Assembly: GCA_020137815.1 (NCBI GenBank)
Contig: WFME01000037.1
Location: 1-8,531, forward strand
Direction of reading: 5' to 3'
Source: Hormiphora californensis
Taxonomy: Eukaryota > Animalia > Ctenophora
DNA length: 8,531 nt
Part shown: positions 7,341 through 8,531 of the stretch, piece after piece
Layout of the letters: each line of letters begins with the position of its first letter
Numbering within the stretch: position 1 is the stretch's first letter
Translations under genes and position numbers: made by a program
The notes under the pieces: generated by a model
What the model saw: the letters and a program-made list of their open reading frames with translations, nothing else
Databases searched by the model: none
What the model was told of the DNA's origin: nothing

Positions 7341-7520
7341 GTACTCGGAGTAAAGCACAGTTTACCAGACCCCTGGTGAATTTGCTTTCTCTTAATTGCC
7401 TTGGGGGGCAATTGAGAGTTCTCTCTCCTCCAGGGTATCATATTTGATTTATTGGGGCGGGGGTATTAACCAGGGACCAGGGTCCAGGGTACATGTTAAT
7501 AATTGAGAATTCTTCTTCAG

Positions 7521-7690
7521 GGTATTTCCGTTGTAGACCTTGATGGTTCTAACCCTGAGCCCGTCTACCAAGCTGCTGGAGCAGGCCTTGTAAACTTCAA
7601 TGGGCTCGCAATGGACGGTCAGGGTTACATTTATACGATTCAGGATTCAGAGGGAAGCTTTGATTTGATAAAATTTGCCCTCTCATGCAG
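7521..7690 (+). CDS. Internal exon, divergent YWTD repeat; gene continues beyond this exon
   Basis: Acceptor TTCTTCTTCAG| (7520), phase 0. It reads GISVVDLDGSNPEPVYQAAGAGLVNFNGLAMDGQGYIYTIQDSEGSFDLIKFALSC, with the typical 'LDGSN' and 'GLAMD' motifs, and ends at donor CAG|GTATGT (7690/7691). Confidence 0.88.
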
Positions 7691-7754
7691 GTATGTGCAG
7701 TTGATAGATCACAAAGGTCATCACAGGCCATCACCACATCCCTAGCCATACACA

Positions 7755-8531
7755 CACGGGAATGCAGTTTTTTATTACAGTTTTTAGCAAAAAATGAAAC
7801 TTCGGGAGGCCAGATATAACGAAACTCCCAAATTTTGACAGCGCTAATATATAATACAAATTGTTATCTGAAATCGGCGATTTCAACTTTGTTTTAGACA
7901 ACTTTCTCTTTTTGATCTACCAAACCCTCACAGGGGCTATAACAAGCCCCGGTGGGTTAAAAGAGGGCGAACCCTCCTGAAAATTTTGGGGTTTTTGAGG
8001 TCAATTTTGGCAATTTGAGACTATTTTCGATATACGTTCTATTCAACTGATCAAATATTTTATGTTGCTAAATAAGAAGGTAGAAAAACCACATAGAAAA
8101 ATATTAAGTTTAGGGTTTCCTGAACACCCTGGCCCTTGAAAAGACGAAGTTGCAACCTGTCATAAAGTCCGTGGTCAGTATGAAAAATAATAACTAACAT
8201 GTCACGCTCACGACTACACCAAAATCAACCATTATAACTTCTCCGATACTGTTTGTGATCTATATTGGGGTTTGGTGCGAGGGCATCATGGATAAGAAAT
8301 CGTATAACAAGCAATGTTGCTTTCTATGACTATTCAATTAGTTTTATCTAGAATAGTTTCACCTCGAAGCTTCTGTCTTCTTGTTGAATGAATTCATCAG
8401 ATAGCGAACACTAACAGCTTGTCTTCCTTTTTCAATAAATTCATGTGATCACGGTGCCCCTGAAGGACGTTCCACCTCGCCCCGCAAAACGAAGGTCAAG
8501 GACCTTGGGATGCCCCAAAATCGCATGGATA
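7755..8531. mobile_element. Possible intronic DNA transposon or remnant running off the window
   Basis: Starts near CACGGG and has the A/T-run, CpG-containing texture typical of DNA-transposon non-coding arms. No second TIR or TSD is visible, so support is compositional only. Confidence 0.25.

Noticed and set aside
8350-8531. Minus-strand peptide fragments as a possible transposase C-terminus
   Set aside because: All frames stop within about 30 codons and no catalytic motif is recognisable.

Overview
Eukaryotic genomic DNA, most likely an invertebrate animal. Short GT-AG introns, TTAGGG-like tracts and the TACTGTAAA-type MITE would fit a sponge or similar basal metazoan, but the taxon is inference only. 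None of the supplied ORFs is a complete gene. (1) 1-408: last two coding exons of a membrane receptor whose cytoplasmic tail carries FHNPNY (FxNPxY) and ends in KRKKRRS*. (2) ~1147-2700: a dense, partly nested cluster of non-autonomous DNA transposons. It holds a foldback element with 15-17 bp subrepeats and a Mutator-like element with TTAGGG repeats and a 9-bp TSD, which sits in or beside an inverted copy of its own family and itself carries a hAT MITE (8-bp TSD) and a MITE with 31-bp TIRs. (3) 2989 to beyond 7690: the 5' part of a spliced + strand gene encoding a signal peptide, a short 4-Cys module and a YWTD (LDLR class B) beta-propeller. Its introns contain inverted (GA)n/(TC)n microsatellites, a TA-flanked MITE and a ~1.6 kb stretch that looks like corrupted sequence hiding missing exons. 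No prokaryotic-type system (CRISPR, operon, RNA gene) is supported.
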